From: Geminicoccaceae bacterium
GTDB taxonomy: Bacteria; Pseudomonadota; Alphaproteobacteria; Geminicoccales; Geminicoccaceae
Reading direction: 5' to 3'
DNA length: 64,000 bases
Assembly: GCA_020638495.1 (NCBI GenBank)
Contig: JACKIN010000003.1
Coordinates: 127,997 to 191,996, forward strand
Shown here: positions 8,991 to 17,836 of the stretch, in pieces
Numbering within the stretch: position 1 is the first letter of the stretch
Layout of the letters: every line of letters begins with the position of its first letter
Made by a program: the position numbers and the translations under genes
The notes under the pieces: generated by a model
Databases searched by the model: none
Told to the model about the DNA's origin: nothing
Seen by the model: the letters and a program-made list of their open reading frames with translations, nothing else

Positions 8991-9887
8991 ATGGCGTTTG
9001 CTGAACGCGGCACGACCGAGCAGGCGAACCGGAAGATCATCCGGGACTCCATGAACACGCCCCTGCTGTCGCGCGAGCACGAGCTCGAGCTGGCCCGGGC
9101 CTGGCGCAACGAGGGCGACGAGGTGGCGCTGCACGAGCTGATCAAGGCCTATATGCGCCTCGTGGTGAGCGCTGCCAGCCGGTTCAAGAATTACGGCCTG
9201 CCGATGAGCGACCTCATCCAGGAGGGCGTGGTCGGCCTGATGCAGGCGGCGGCCCGGTTCGAGCCGGAGCGCGACGTGCGCTTCTCGACCTATGCCACCT
9301 GGTGGATCCGCTCGGCGATGCAGGACTACATCCTGCGCAACTGGTCGGTGGTCCGGACCGGCACCACCGCCGCGCAGAAGTCGCTGTTCTTCAACCTGCG
9401 TCGCCTGCGCGCCAAGATCGACGACGGTCTCGGCAGCTCGCTCACGGAGGAGGGTCGCGCCTCGATCGCCGAGACATTGTCGGTCTCGGTCAACGACGTG
9501 GCCGCCATGGAGATGCGGCTGATGGGTGGCGACCAGTCGCTCAACGCCACCATCAGCCTGACCGGCGAGGATGTCTGGCAGGACTTCCTCGCCGACGAGC
9601 GCCCCAACCCGGAGGACGTGGTCAGCGACCGGCACGACAGCAAGGCACGGACGGCGTGGCTGCGCGACTCGCTCAAGGAGCTGAACGAGCGCGAGCGCAC
9701 GATCATCCGCGAGCGGCGGCTGCGCGAGGACGGGCGGACGCTCGAGGAGCTCGGCCGGCGGCTCGGCATCAGCAAGGAGCGCGTGCGGCAGATCGAGCAC
9801 CGTGCCCTGCAGAAGCTGAAGGTCGCCCTGATGCGCAAGGTCAAGGAGCCGGGCGACGAGCTGCTGCTGACCGCCGTGCCGGCCTGA
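8991..9887 (+). CDS. rpoH: RNA polymerase sigma-32 (heat-shock sigma factor)
   Basis: Sigma70 regions 2-4 plus the RpoH box (AAQKSLFFNLRRLRAKI). GAAGGAGG lies 6 nt before the ATG. Confidence 0.92.
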   Translation: MAFAERGTTEQANRKIIRDSMNTPLLSREHELELARAWRNEGDEVALHELIKAYMRLVVSAASRFKNYGLPMSDLIQEGVVGLMQAAARFEPERDVRFSTYATWWIRSAMQDYILRNWSVVRTGTTAAQKSLFFNLRRLRAKIDDGLGSSLTEEGRASIAETLSVSVNDVAAMEMRLMGGDQSLNATISLTGEDVWQDFLADERPNPEDVVSDRHDSKARTAWLRDSLKELNERERTIIRERRLREDGRTLEELGRRLGISKERVRQIEHRALQKLKVALMRKVKEPGDELLLTAVPA

Positions 9888-9954
9888 CACTCGGCTGCCC
9901 GGCGCAGGCGCCGGCGGCTTGACCCGGGGCCGGGCGATGCGCAGATAGCGGGTC

Positions 9955-11841
9955 ATGCCGCCGGTCGTCACTGCCGATACAACCATGGATCAGCCCAGCG
10001 CCAGCGGTGCTGCGCTGATCCACGGCCTCCTGGCCAATTTGCCCAATGTGCCGGGCGTCTACCGCATGATCGATGCGCGCGGCAACGTCCTCTATGTGGG
10101 CAAGGCCAAGTCGCTGAAGAAGCGGGTGGCCACCTATGCCAAGGCGCATGCGCTGCCGATCCGGCTGCAGCGCATGGTGGCGCTGACGACAGCCATGGAG
10201 TTCGTGACGACGGCGAGCGAGGTCGAGGCGCTGCTGCTCGAGGCGAACCTGATCAAGCGCTATCGCCCGACCTTCAACATCGTGCTGCGCGACGACAAGA
10301 GCTTTCCCTATCTCTATCTCCGCTGGGGTCATGACTTTCCGATGATCGGCAAGCATCGGGGCAGCAAGCGCGACGGCTCGGACTATTTCGGCCCGTTCGC
10401 CTCGGCGGGCGCCGTCAACGACACGCTGAACGCGCTGCTTCGCGCCTTTCCCTTGCGGAGCTGCAGCGACTCGATTTTCGCCAGCCGCAGCCGGCCCTGC
10501 CTGCAGCACCAGATCAAGCGCTGCTCCGCACCCTGCGTCGGCCGCATCGAGAAGGCGGACTACGCGCGCATCGTCGAGGACGTGCGGGGCTTTCTCGGCG
10601 GCAGCACGCGCGACGTGCAGGGCAAGCTCAAGGCGGAGATGGAGGAGGCGGCCGGCCGGCTCGACTTCGAGAAGGCGGCGGTGCTGCGCGACCGGCTGAA
10701 GGCCATCGCCCATATCAGCAGCCGCCAGGGCATCAACACCAGTGCTGTCGAGGATGCCGATGTCATCGCCGCGCACGCCGATGGCGGGCAGGTCTGCGTC
10801 CAGGCGTTCTTCTACCGGGGCGGGCGGAACTACGGCAACCGCGCCTACTATCCGGCGCATGCGCGCGACGCCGACATGCCCGAGGTCATGGCCGCGTTCC
10901 TCGCCCAGTTCTACAGCGAGCGCCCGCCGCCGCGGCTCGTCCTGGTCGGCACCGAGCCGGCCGAGGCCGGGCTGCTCGAGGAGGCGCTGAGACTCAAGGC
11001 GGGGCGTCGCGTGCATGTCCGCATGCCGAAGCGCGGCCCCTTGCGCGAGCTGGTCGAGCTCGCCCGCCGGAACGCCGAGGCGGCCCTCGCCCGAAGGCTC
11101 GCCGACCAGGCTTCGCAGGCCCGGCTGCTCGAGCAGCTAGCGGAGCGCTTCGACCTCGACGCGGTGCCGGAACGGGTCGAGGTCTACGACAACAGCCACA
11201 TCCAGGGCAGCCACGCCGTCGGCAGCTTCGTCGTCGCCGGGCCCGAGGGCTTCGACCGGAAGGCGTACCGGACCTTCACGATCAAGGATCCGGCGACCGG
11301 CACGAATGACGACTACGCCATGATGCGCGAGGTGCTGGAGCGGCGCTTCGCCCGGCTGGCGCGCGAGGACCCGGAGCGGCAGTCCGGGCAGTGGCCGGAT
11401 CTCGTCGTCATCGACGGCGGTGCGGGGCAGCTCTCGGCGGCCCAGGGCGTGCTCGACCAGCTCGGCATCGAGGGGGTGGCCCTGCTCGGCGTCGCCAAGG
11501 GGCCGGATCGCGATGCCGGGCGCGAGCGCTTCTTCCGCACCGGGCTCGACCCGGTGATGCTGGACGCCCGCGACCCGGTGCTCTACCTCCTCCAGCGCTG
11601 GCGCGACGAGGCGCATCGCTTCGTCATCCAGGCGCATCGCGGCAAGCGCAGCCGGGCCATCGGCCAGTCGACCCTGGATGCGATTCCCGGGATCGGCGGC
11701 AAGCGGAAGAAGGCGCTGCTGCAGCATTTCGGCTCGGCCCGGGATGTGGAGAGCGCGGCGCTCGGCGATCTCGAGCAGGTGCCCGGCATCAGCAGTGCGG
11801 TGGCGCGCGTCATCTACGATCACTTTCACGAAGGCGGCTAA
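9955..11841 (+). CDS. uvrC: excinuclease ABC subunit C
   Basis: GIY-YIG N-terminus (PGVYRMIDARGNVLYVGKAKSLKKRV), the UvrBC domain, and a C-terminal endonuclease plus HhH (IPGIGGKRKKALLQHFGS). An alternative ATG lies at 9985. Confidence 0.92.
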   Translation: MPPVVTADTTMDQPSASGAALIHGLLANLPNVPGVYRMIDARGNVLYVGKAKSLKKRVATYAKAHALPIRLQRMVALTTAMEFVTTASEVEALLLEANLIKRYRPTFNIVLRDDKSFPYLYLRWGHDFPMIGKHRGSKRDGSDYFGPFASAGAVNDTLNALLRAFPLRSCSDSIFASRSRPCLQHQIKRCSAPCVGRIEKADYARIVEDVRGFLGGSTRDVQGKLKAEMEEAAGRLDFEKAAVLRDRLKAIAHISSRQGINTSAVEDADVIAAHADGGQVCVQAFFYRGGRNYGNRAYYPAHARDADMPEVMAAFLAQFYSERPPPRLVLVGTEPAEAGLLEEALRLKAGRRVHVRMPKRGPLRELVELARRNAEAALARRLADQASQARLLEQLAERFDLDAVPERVEVYDNSHIQGSHAVGSFVVAGPEGFDRKAYRTFTIKDPATGTNDDYAMMREVLERRFARLAREDPERQSGQWPDLVVIDGGAGQLSAAQGVLDQLGIEGVALLGVAKGPDRDAGRERFFRTGLDPVMLDARDPVLYLLQRWRDEAHRFVIQAHRGKRSRAIGQSTLDAIPGIGGKRKKALLQHFGSARDVESAALGDLEQVPGISSAVARVIYDHFHEGG

Positions 11842-11845
11842 GTTC

Positions 11846-12097
11846 ATGCGTGTTCGCTATTTCGCCTGGCTCAAGCAGCGCACCGGCTGCGCCGAGGAGG
11901 AGCTCGACCTGCCGGCGGAGGTGCTGACCGTGGCCGACCTGATCGGCCATCTGGGTGCCCGCCACCCGCGCTTCGCCGAGGCGGCGGCCGGCCGCGGCGT
12001 CGTCCGCTGCGCCATCGACCAGCAGCATGTCGAGCGCGAGGCGCCACTCGCCGGGGCCCGCGAGGTCGCCTTCTTCCCGCCGGTCACCGGCGGCTGA
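11846..12097 (+). CDS. moaD: molybdopterin synthase sulfur-carrier subunit
   Basis: 83-aa ThiS/MoaD fold ending in the diagnostic PPVTGG. The ATG lies 5 nt after the uvrC stop. Confidence 0.85.
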   Translation: MRVRYFAWLKQRTGCAEEELDLPAEVLTVADLIGHLGARHPRFAEAAAGRGVVRCAIDQQHVEREAPLAGAREVAFFPPVTGG

Positions 12098-12098
12098 G

Positions 12099-12548
12099 AT
12101 GATCCGGGTGCAGGCCGGGCTCTTCGACGTCGGCGCCGAGCTCGCCCGGTTCACCGCCGGCCGCACCGACATCGGTGCGGTGGCGAGCTTCACCGGCCTC
12201 GTGCGCGACCGCCACAACGGCGAGGCCGTGACGGCGATGACGCTCGAGCACTACCCGGGCATGACCGAGGCCGAGCTGGAACGGATCGAGGCCGAGGCCC
12301 GCGCCCGCTGGCCGCTGGACGACTGCCTCGTCATCCACCGCTACGGGCGGATGCTGCCGGGCGAGCCCATCGTGCTGGTGCTGACGGCCTCCGCCCATCG
12401 CGCCGCCGCCTTCGAGGCCTGCGCCTTCCTCATGGACTGGCTCAAGACGAAGGCCCCGTTCTGGAAGCTCGAGGAGACGCCGGAGGGCGAGCGCTGGGTC
12501 GAGGCGCGGGCCAGCGACGACGAAGCCGCGACCCGCTGGGAACGCTGA
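12099..12548 (+). CDS. moaE: molybdopterin synthase catalytic subunit
   Basis: GAVASFTGLVRD...LEHYPGMTE...VLTASAHRAAAFEACAFLMDWLKTKAPFWK is a typical MoaE. It starts 2 nt after the moaD stop. Confidence 0.9.
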   Translation: MIRVQAGLFDVGAELARFTAGRTDIGAVASFTGLVRDRHNGEAVTAMTLEHYPGMTEAELERIEAEARARWPLDDCLVIHRYGRMLPGEPIVLVLTASAHRAAAFEACAFLMDWLKTKAPFWKLEETPEGERWVEARASDDEAATRWER

Positions 12549-12555
12549 AGCGCCG

Positions 12556-13929
12556 TCAGTCGAGCTGGTCGAGGCGGGCGCGAACCGTGGCCCAGTCGGG
12601 GCTCGTCGGATCGAGCCCGGCGAGCACGGTCTCCCAGTGCTCGCGAGCCGTCGCGGGATTGCCATCGGCCAGCGCCCTGATGCCGAGATACCAGTGCGGC
12701 TCCGGATCGTCGGGCGCCACGGTGGCCGCCTGCTCGAAGAGGGCCAGCGCCTCGTCGCCGACCACGGGCAGGCCATCCGGCTCGGCCGGGCCGTCGACCA
12801 GGGCGGCGGCGAGACCCTTCAGCGCCGCCGGGTTGTCGGGTGCCTGCGCCAGCGCCTCGCGATAGGCGGCGATCGCCGCGTCGCGCTCGCCGAGCACGAG
12901 GCGGGCCTGGCCCAGGCGCTGCCACTCGTCGACGCTGCCGCCCGAGGTTTCGAGCCGGCTCTGGAGCCCGTCGACCATCGCCCGGATCCGCGCCTGGCGT
13001 TCCTCGGGCGGCAGGGCCGCCATGGCGGCGGCGGCATCCTCCTCGGCCGTGGGCGTGCGGGCGAGAGCCAGGATCGGCTCGGGATCGAGGCCGAGCTCGG
13101 CGGCCGCCTGCCGGATCGAGGGCTCGACCTGCGCACGCCAGGGAGCATCGGCGGGTGCCGCCTCGAGCATGGCGCGCCATTGCTCCAGAGCGGCGTTGAA
13201 GTCGCCGGCCTGGGCCGCGGCGAGACCCTGGAAGTAAGGCGGTCGCGGGTCACCCGGGGCGAGTGCGGCGAGGCGCCGCATGAGCGCCTGCACCTCGGGC
13301 GTGACCACGCCCTGCGAGCGGGCCATGAGCGCGTCGGCGAGGCCGGCCACCGCTTCAGCCTGCTCCGGCGCCAGCTCGAGCGCCCGCCGGTAGGCCTCGA
13401 TCGCCGGCTCCAGCCGGCCGAGCACGAAGCGGCTGCGGCCGAGCATCAGCCAGCCCTCGGGATCGTCACCATCCGTGGCGAGACGCGCCTCGAGACTGGC
13501 GACCATGGTCAGGATCTGCTCCGGCACGGCCGGGCCCTGCCGCTCGTCGGCGCGCGACGCGAAGGGTCGATCCGGCAGGCTCGGCGAGCCGAGCCGGAGA
13601 TAGAGGGCGGTCGCGCCGAGCGGGACGGCAACCAGGGCCACGAGCACCAGGGCGCGGCCGATCCGGCCGGCCTCGAACGCGTGCGGCGTCGCGCGGTCTG
13701 CCGCCCGCAGCAGCCGGCGCTCGATCTCGACCCGGGCGGCGCGCGCCTCCTCGGGCTGGAGCAGGCCTCGCTCCACGTCGCGGCCGAGCTCGGCGAGCTG
13801 GTCCTTGAGGATGGCCACCGCACTGTCGGCAGCCGCGTCGGCCGTGCGTCGCCGCAGGAGCGGGAGGACGAGCGCCAGGACGGCGATCGCCAGCGGCCCG
13901 AGGCCGGCGAGCAGGCTCCAGCCACTCAT
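12556..13929 (-). CDS. ccmI: cytochrome c-type biogenesis protein CcmI/CycH (TPR-containing apocytochrome chaperone)
   Basis: N-terminal TM plus ILKDQLAELGRDVERGLLQPEEARAARVEIERRLL, a second TM, then repeated TPR-like units. The start overlaps the ccmH stop (ATGA). Confidence 0.85.
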   Translation of the reverse strand: MSGWSLLAGLGPLAIAVLALVLPLLRRRTADAAADSAVAILKDQLAELGRDVERGLLQPEEARAARVEIERRLLRAADRATPHAFEAGRIGRALVLVALVAVPLGATALYLRLGSPSLPDRPFASRADERQGPAVPEQILTMVASLEARLATDGDDPEGWLMLGRSRFVLGRLEPAIEAYRRALELAPEQAEAVAGLADALMARSQGVVTPEVQALMRRLAALAPGDPRPPYFQGLAAAQAGDFNAALEQWRAMLEAAPADAPWRAQVEPSIRQAAAELGLDPEPILALARTPTAEEDAAAAMAALPPEERQARIRAMVDGLQSRLETSGGSVDEWQRLGQARLVLGERDAAIAAYREALAQAPDNPAALKGLAAALVDGPAEPDGLPVVGDEALALFEQAATVAPDDPEPHWYLGIRALADGNPATAREHWETVLAGLDPTSPDWATVRARLDQLD

Positions 13930-14399
13930 GGACGACCGGTACCCTCGTCGAGCAGCTCGGCCAGCCGGCTTTCCTCGTCCGGCGTCAGCGCCGTCGTGCT
14001 GGCGGCACGGCGACGGCGCAGGCTCAGAACGATGAGAGCACCGCCAATCGCCAGCACCACGAACGGCCCGCCCCAGAGCAGGAGGGTGCCCATGGTCACC
14101 GGCGGCTTGAGGAGGACGAACTCGCCATAGCGCTCGACCATGAACTCGCGGATCTCGGCATCGCTGTCGCCGGCCAGGAGCCGCTCGCGCACGAGGTGGC
14201 GGAGGTCGCGGGCGAGATCGGCATCGGAATCGTCGATCGACTGGTTCTGGCAGACGAGGCAGCGCAGCTCCTTGCCGATGGCGCGCGCCCGTGCCTCGAG
14301 CACCGGGTCCTGGAGCAGCTCGTCCGAGGTGAGGGCGGCATGCACCGGCAGGGCCATGGCCAGCGCCAGGAGGAACGCGAGGACGAGGCGGCGGCTCAT
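13926..14399 (-). CDS. ccmH: cytochrome c-type biogenesis protein CcmH/CycL
   Basis: Signal peptide followed by LRCLVCQNQSIDDSDADLARDLR (the LRCxxCQ motif) and a C-terminal TM. I used the internal ATG at 14399 of ORF 13926..15317. Confidence 0.9.
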   Translation of the reverse strand: MSRRLVLAFLLALAMALPVHAALTSDELLQDPVLEARARAIGKELRCLVCQNQSIDDSDADLARDLRHLVRERLLAGDSDAEIREFMVERYGEFVLLKPPVTMGTLLLWGGPFVVLAIGGALIVLSLRRRRAASTTALTPDEESRLAELLDEGTGRP

Positions 14400-14926
14400 C
14401 GCTTCAGGCTCTCGAGGAGTGGCAGGATGGTCCGCTCGAGGTCGCGCGGCTGCAGCGGGCCCACATGCTTGTGGACGATGGTGCCGTCGGCATCGATCAC
14501 ATAGGTCTCGGGCACGCCGTAGACGCCCCAGTCGATGCCGACCCGGCCGTCCTGGTCGCGGCCGACGCGGGCGAAGGGATCGCCCAGCTCGGCGAGCCAG
14601 GCGAGCGCGTCCTCGGGCTTGTCCTTGTAGTTGATGCCATGCACCGTCACGCCCGCCTCGGCCAGCCGGTCGATGATCGGGTGCTCGATCCGGCAGGGCA
14701 CGCACCAGGAGGCGAAGAAGTTGACGAGCATCGGCCCGCCGCCGAGATCGGCCCGGGCGAAGCCGGCGTCGTCGCGACCCGGCAAGGGGGGCAGCGCGAA
14801 GTCGGGGGCCGGGCGGTCGAGCAGGGCCGAGGGCAAGGTGGACGGATCGCGGGTCAGGCCGATGGCGAGGAAGCCGGCGATGGCGACGAAGACCAGGGCC
14901 GGGACGACGAACAGGAGGCGACGCAT
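14396..14926 (-). CDS. ccmG: thiol:disulfide interchange protein DsbE/CcmG
   Basis: TM anchor plus thioredoxin motif VNFFASWCVPCRIEHP and GVYGVPETYVID. Confidence 0.9.
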   Translation of the reverse strand: MRRLLFVVPALVFVAIAGFLAIGLTRDPSTLPSALLDRPAPDFALPPLPGRDDAGFARADLGGGPMLVNFFASWCVPCRIEHPIIDRLAEAGVTVHGINYKDKPEDALAWLAELGDPFARVGRDQDGRVGIDWGVYGVPETYVIDADGTIVHKHVGPLQPRDLERTILPLLESLKR

Positions 14927-14943
14927 GCGCGATGCAGCTCCGT

Positions 14944-16944
14944 TCAGGCGCCGACGGGGTCGGGGAGATCCGGCCGGCCGCCCCGCCGGGCCGCCGCCGT
15001 CGTCGGCGCGCCGACCCTGAGGCGCCGGTCGAGGAGGGAGACGAGCCCCCCCAGCGCCATGATGCCGACCCCGCCCCAGATCCAGATGACGAAGGGGTTG
15101 ATGTAGAGGCGGACCGCCCAGGCCCCGTCGGGGGTCCGGTCGCCGAGCACGAAGTAGAGATCGCGCCAGAGATTGGTGTGGATGCCGGCCTCGGTGGTCG
15201 GCTGGCCCTCGACCGGGAAGAAGCGTTTTTCCGAGTGGAGCGTGGCGACCGGCAGGCCGCCGCTGGTGGTCTCGAAGGTGGCGCGGAGCGCCGAGTAGTT
15301 CGGCCCCTGGCGTTCATCGACGCCGGCGAATCGCACCTCGTAGCGGCCGATCGTGGTGGTCTCGCCCGGCCGCATCGCGAGGAGACGCTCCTCCTGCAGC
15401 GTGCTGGACGCGGTGATGCCGACGATCAGCACGCCGAGCCCGGCATGGGCGATGGTGACGGCGAAGGCGCTGGCGGGGAGCCCCTTCAGACGCTGCCAGG
15501 TCCGGCCGGGTGCGAGCTCGAGGAGCCCGACCCGGGCGGCGAGGTCGGTGACGGACCCGCCGATCAGCCAGACTGCGAGGCCGAAGCCCAGCGCCGCACC
15601 GAGGCTCTGCGGCGACACCAGCACGAGATAGAGCGCCATGGTGGCCAGGGCCGCCGCCACCGCGAGGCGGAGGCGACGAAAGGCCCCCATGAGGTTGCCG
15701 CGCTTCCAGGCGAGCGTGGCGCCGATCGGCACGGCGAGCAGGAGCGGCAGCATGAGCGGCACGAAGGTGGCGTTGAAGAAGGGCGGCCCGACGGAGATCT
15801 TCGCCCCGCCGACGACCTCGAGCGCCAGCGGGTAGAGGGTGCCGAGCAGCACCGTGGCGGTGGCCGTCGCCAGGAGGAGGTTGTTCAAAAGCAGCCCGCC
15901 CTCCCGGCTGACCGGGGCGAAATGGCCGCCCGGCTGCATGGCGGGTGCCCGGAGCGCGAACATGGCGAGCGAGCCGCCGATGGCGATCACCAAGAGCGCC
16001 AGGATGAAGACGCCGCGGCTGGGATCGACGGCGAAGGCATGGACCGAGGTGAGCACGCCCGAGCGGACGAGGAAGGTGCCGAGCAGCGAGAGCGAGAAGG
16101 CGAGGATGGCGAGCAGGATGGTCCAGCTCTTCAGCGTGTCGCGCTTCTCGACGACGATCGCCGAATGCAGCAGGGCCGTGGCCGCGAGCCAGGGCATGAA
16201 GCTGGCGTTCTCGACCGGGTCCCAGAACCACCAGCCGCCCCAGCCGAGCTCGTAATAGGCCCACCAGGAGCCGAGCGCGATGCCGAGCGTGAGCGCGACC
16301 CAGGCGACCAGCGTCCAGGGCCGCACCCAGCGTGCCCAGCTCGCGTCCACCCGGCCCTCGATCAGGGCCGCCATGGCGAAGGAGAAGGTCACCGAGAGGC
16401 CGACATATCCTAGGTAGAGCATGGGCGGATGGAAGGCGAGGCCGGGATCCTGGAGGATCGGGTTGAGGCCGGTGCCGTCCAGCGGCGCCGGCACCAGCCG
16501 CTCGAAGGGGTTGGAGGTGAAGAGCATGAAGAGCAGGAATCCCGTGCCGATCAGCCCCTGCACGGCGAGCGTGCGGGCCTTGAACGGCAAGGGCAGGTTG
16601 CGGCCGAAAAGGGCAACGGCGGCGCCGAAGAGGGCGAGGATCCAGACCCAGAGGACGAGCGAGCCCTCGTGATTCCCCCAGACGCCGCTGATCTTGTAGA
16701 GCAGCGGCTTGGCCGAGTGACTGTTCTCGTAGACATTGAGCAGCGAGAAATCGGACGTGACGTAGGCGTTGGTGAGGGCAGCGAGCGCCAGGGTGACGCA
16801 GGCGAGCTGGCCGACCGCCGCCGTGGAGCCCAGCCGCATCAGCGCCAGGTCGTGGCGGGCGGCACCGAGGAACGGCAGGCTGCCCTGGGCGATGGCGAGG
16901 CCGAGCGCCATGACCAGCGCGAAATGACCGAGCTCGGCGATCAC
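14944..16944 (-). CDS. ccmF: cytochrome c heme lyase subunit CcmF
   Basis: 666-aa polytopic protein with the WWFWDPVENASFMPW tryptophan-rich (WWD) motif. The GTG start overlaps the ccmE stop (GTGA). Confidence 0.95.
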   Translation of the reverse strand: MIAELGHFALVMALGLAIAQGSLPFLGAARHDLALMRLGSTAAVGQLACVTLALAALTNAYVTSDFSLLNVYENSHSAKPLLYKISGVWGNHEGSLVLWVWILALFGAAVALFGRNLPLPFKARTLAVQGLIGTGFLLFMLFTSNPFERLVPAPLDGTGLNPILQDPGLAFHPPMLYLGYVGLSVTFSFAMAALIEGRVDASWARWVRPWTLVAWVALTLGIALGSWWAYYELGWGGWWFWDPVENASFMPWLAATALLHSAIVVEKRDTLKSWTILLAILAFSLSLLGTFLVRSGVLTSVHAFAVDPSRGVFILALLVIAIGGSLAMFALRAPAMQPGGHFAPVSREGGLLLNNLLLATATATVLLGTLYPLALEVVGGAKISVGPPFFNATFVPLMLPLLLAVPIGATLAWKRGNLMGAFRRLRLAVAAALATMALYLVLVSPQSLGAALGFGLAVWLIGGSVTDLAARVGLLELAPGRTWQRLKGLPASAFAVTIAHAGLGVLIVGITASSTLQEERLLAMRPGETTTIGRYEVRFAGVDERQGPNYSALRATFETTSGGLPVATLHSEKRFFPVEGQPTTEAGIHTNLWRDLYFVLGDRTPDGAWAVRLYINPFVIWIWGGVGIMALGGLVSLLDRRLRVGAPTTAAARRGGRPDLPDPVGA

Positions 16945-17426
16945 TGGCTCACCCCGTCGGCCGGCGCGTCGCCCGCCGCTTCATTGTGCTGCCAGTAACC
17001 GGCCTCCTTCAGGGCGTCCGTGACCTCGCGCGGCATGTAGTTCTCGTCGTGCTTCGCCAGGATCTCGCTGGCGCTCAGGACCGGTTCGGCGCCGGCGGAC
17101 ACGAGCGTGCCCTGGGCGACGATGCCCTGCCCCTCGCGGAAGAGGTCCGGCAGGATGCCCTGATAGTGGACCTCGATCTCGTTCGCCGTGTCGGTCAGCC
17201 GAAAGGCGACGCTGCCGTCGCTCTCGCGCCTGATGCTGCCGTCCACCACGAGGCCGCCGACGCGGAAATTGCGGTCCACGGCCACCTCACCACCGACGAT
17301 CTGGGTCGGCGTGACGAAGAACGCGATCTTGTCCCCGAGCGCTGTCAGGGTGAGCGCCGTGGCGCCGCCGAGCAAAAGGAGGGCAAGGCCGATCAGCACG
17401 AGGCGCTGGCGTTTGCGAAACCGCAT
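16941..17426 (-). CDS. ccmE: cytochrome c maturation heme chaperone CcmE
   Basis: TM anchor, FRVGGLVVDGS, and the heme-binding LAKHDENYMP motif. Confidence 0.95.
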   Translation of the reverse strand: MRFRKRQRLVLIGLALLLLGGATALTLTALGDKIAFFVTPTQIVGGEVAVDRNFRVGGLVVDGSIRRESDGSVAFRLTDTANEIEVHYQGILPDLFREGQGIVAQGTLVSAGAEPVLSASEILAKHDENYMPREVTDALKEAGYWQHNEAAGDAPADGVSQ

Positions 17427-17432
17427 CTGCCC

Positions 17433-17726
17433 TCACGAGCCGGACGAAGGGCCGGGCTGCCCGTCGGCGCGGACAGCGACCAGCCGTCGCACCGGACGCC
17501 CGGCATCGCCCGACCGGACCCGGCGGCGCAGCTCCATGAGCTCGGTGCCGCGCTGCCGCTGCTGCCGCCAGCTCTGCCAGGCCAGCCCGAGCGTCAGGAC
17601 GAGGGTGAAGCCGAACGCCGACCAGACATAGCCGCCGTAGCCCCCCATTTCGATGAACTCCAAGCGCGACCTCCCAAGAAGCTCGTCCGCCAGCCGGATG
17701 CCGTTCACGCATTCGCCGCAACACAC
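17433..17726 (-). CDS. ccmD: heme exporter protein CcmD
   Basis: LEFIEMGGYGGYVWSAFGFTLVLTLGL parallels E. coli CcmD NEFFAMGGYAFFVWLA. The start is uncertain: the longest ORF begins at 17726, with GTG at 17708 and ATG at 17648. Confidence 0.75.
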   Translation of the reverse strand: MCCGECVNGIRLADELLGRSRLEFIEMGGYGGYVWSAFGFTLVLTLGLAWQSWRQQRQRGTELMELRRRVRSGDAGRPVRRLVAVRADGQPGPSSGS

Positions 17727-17836
17727 TATAGATGGAATCTCGTGTAAAGGCGTCCAGGCGGCGGCGCGAGACGATCGGACGCAGCGCTTGCCGCCCCTCC
17801 CCCCGTCCTACGGTTGAAGGTGCCGCCACCCCTGTC

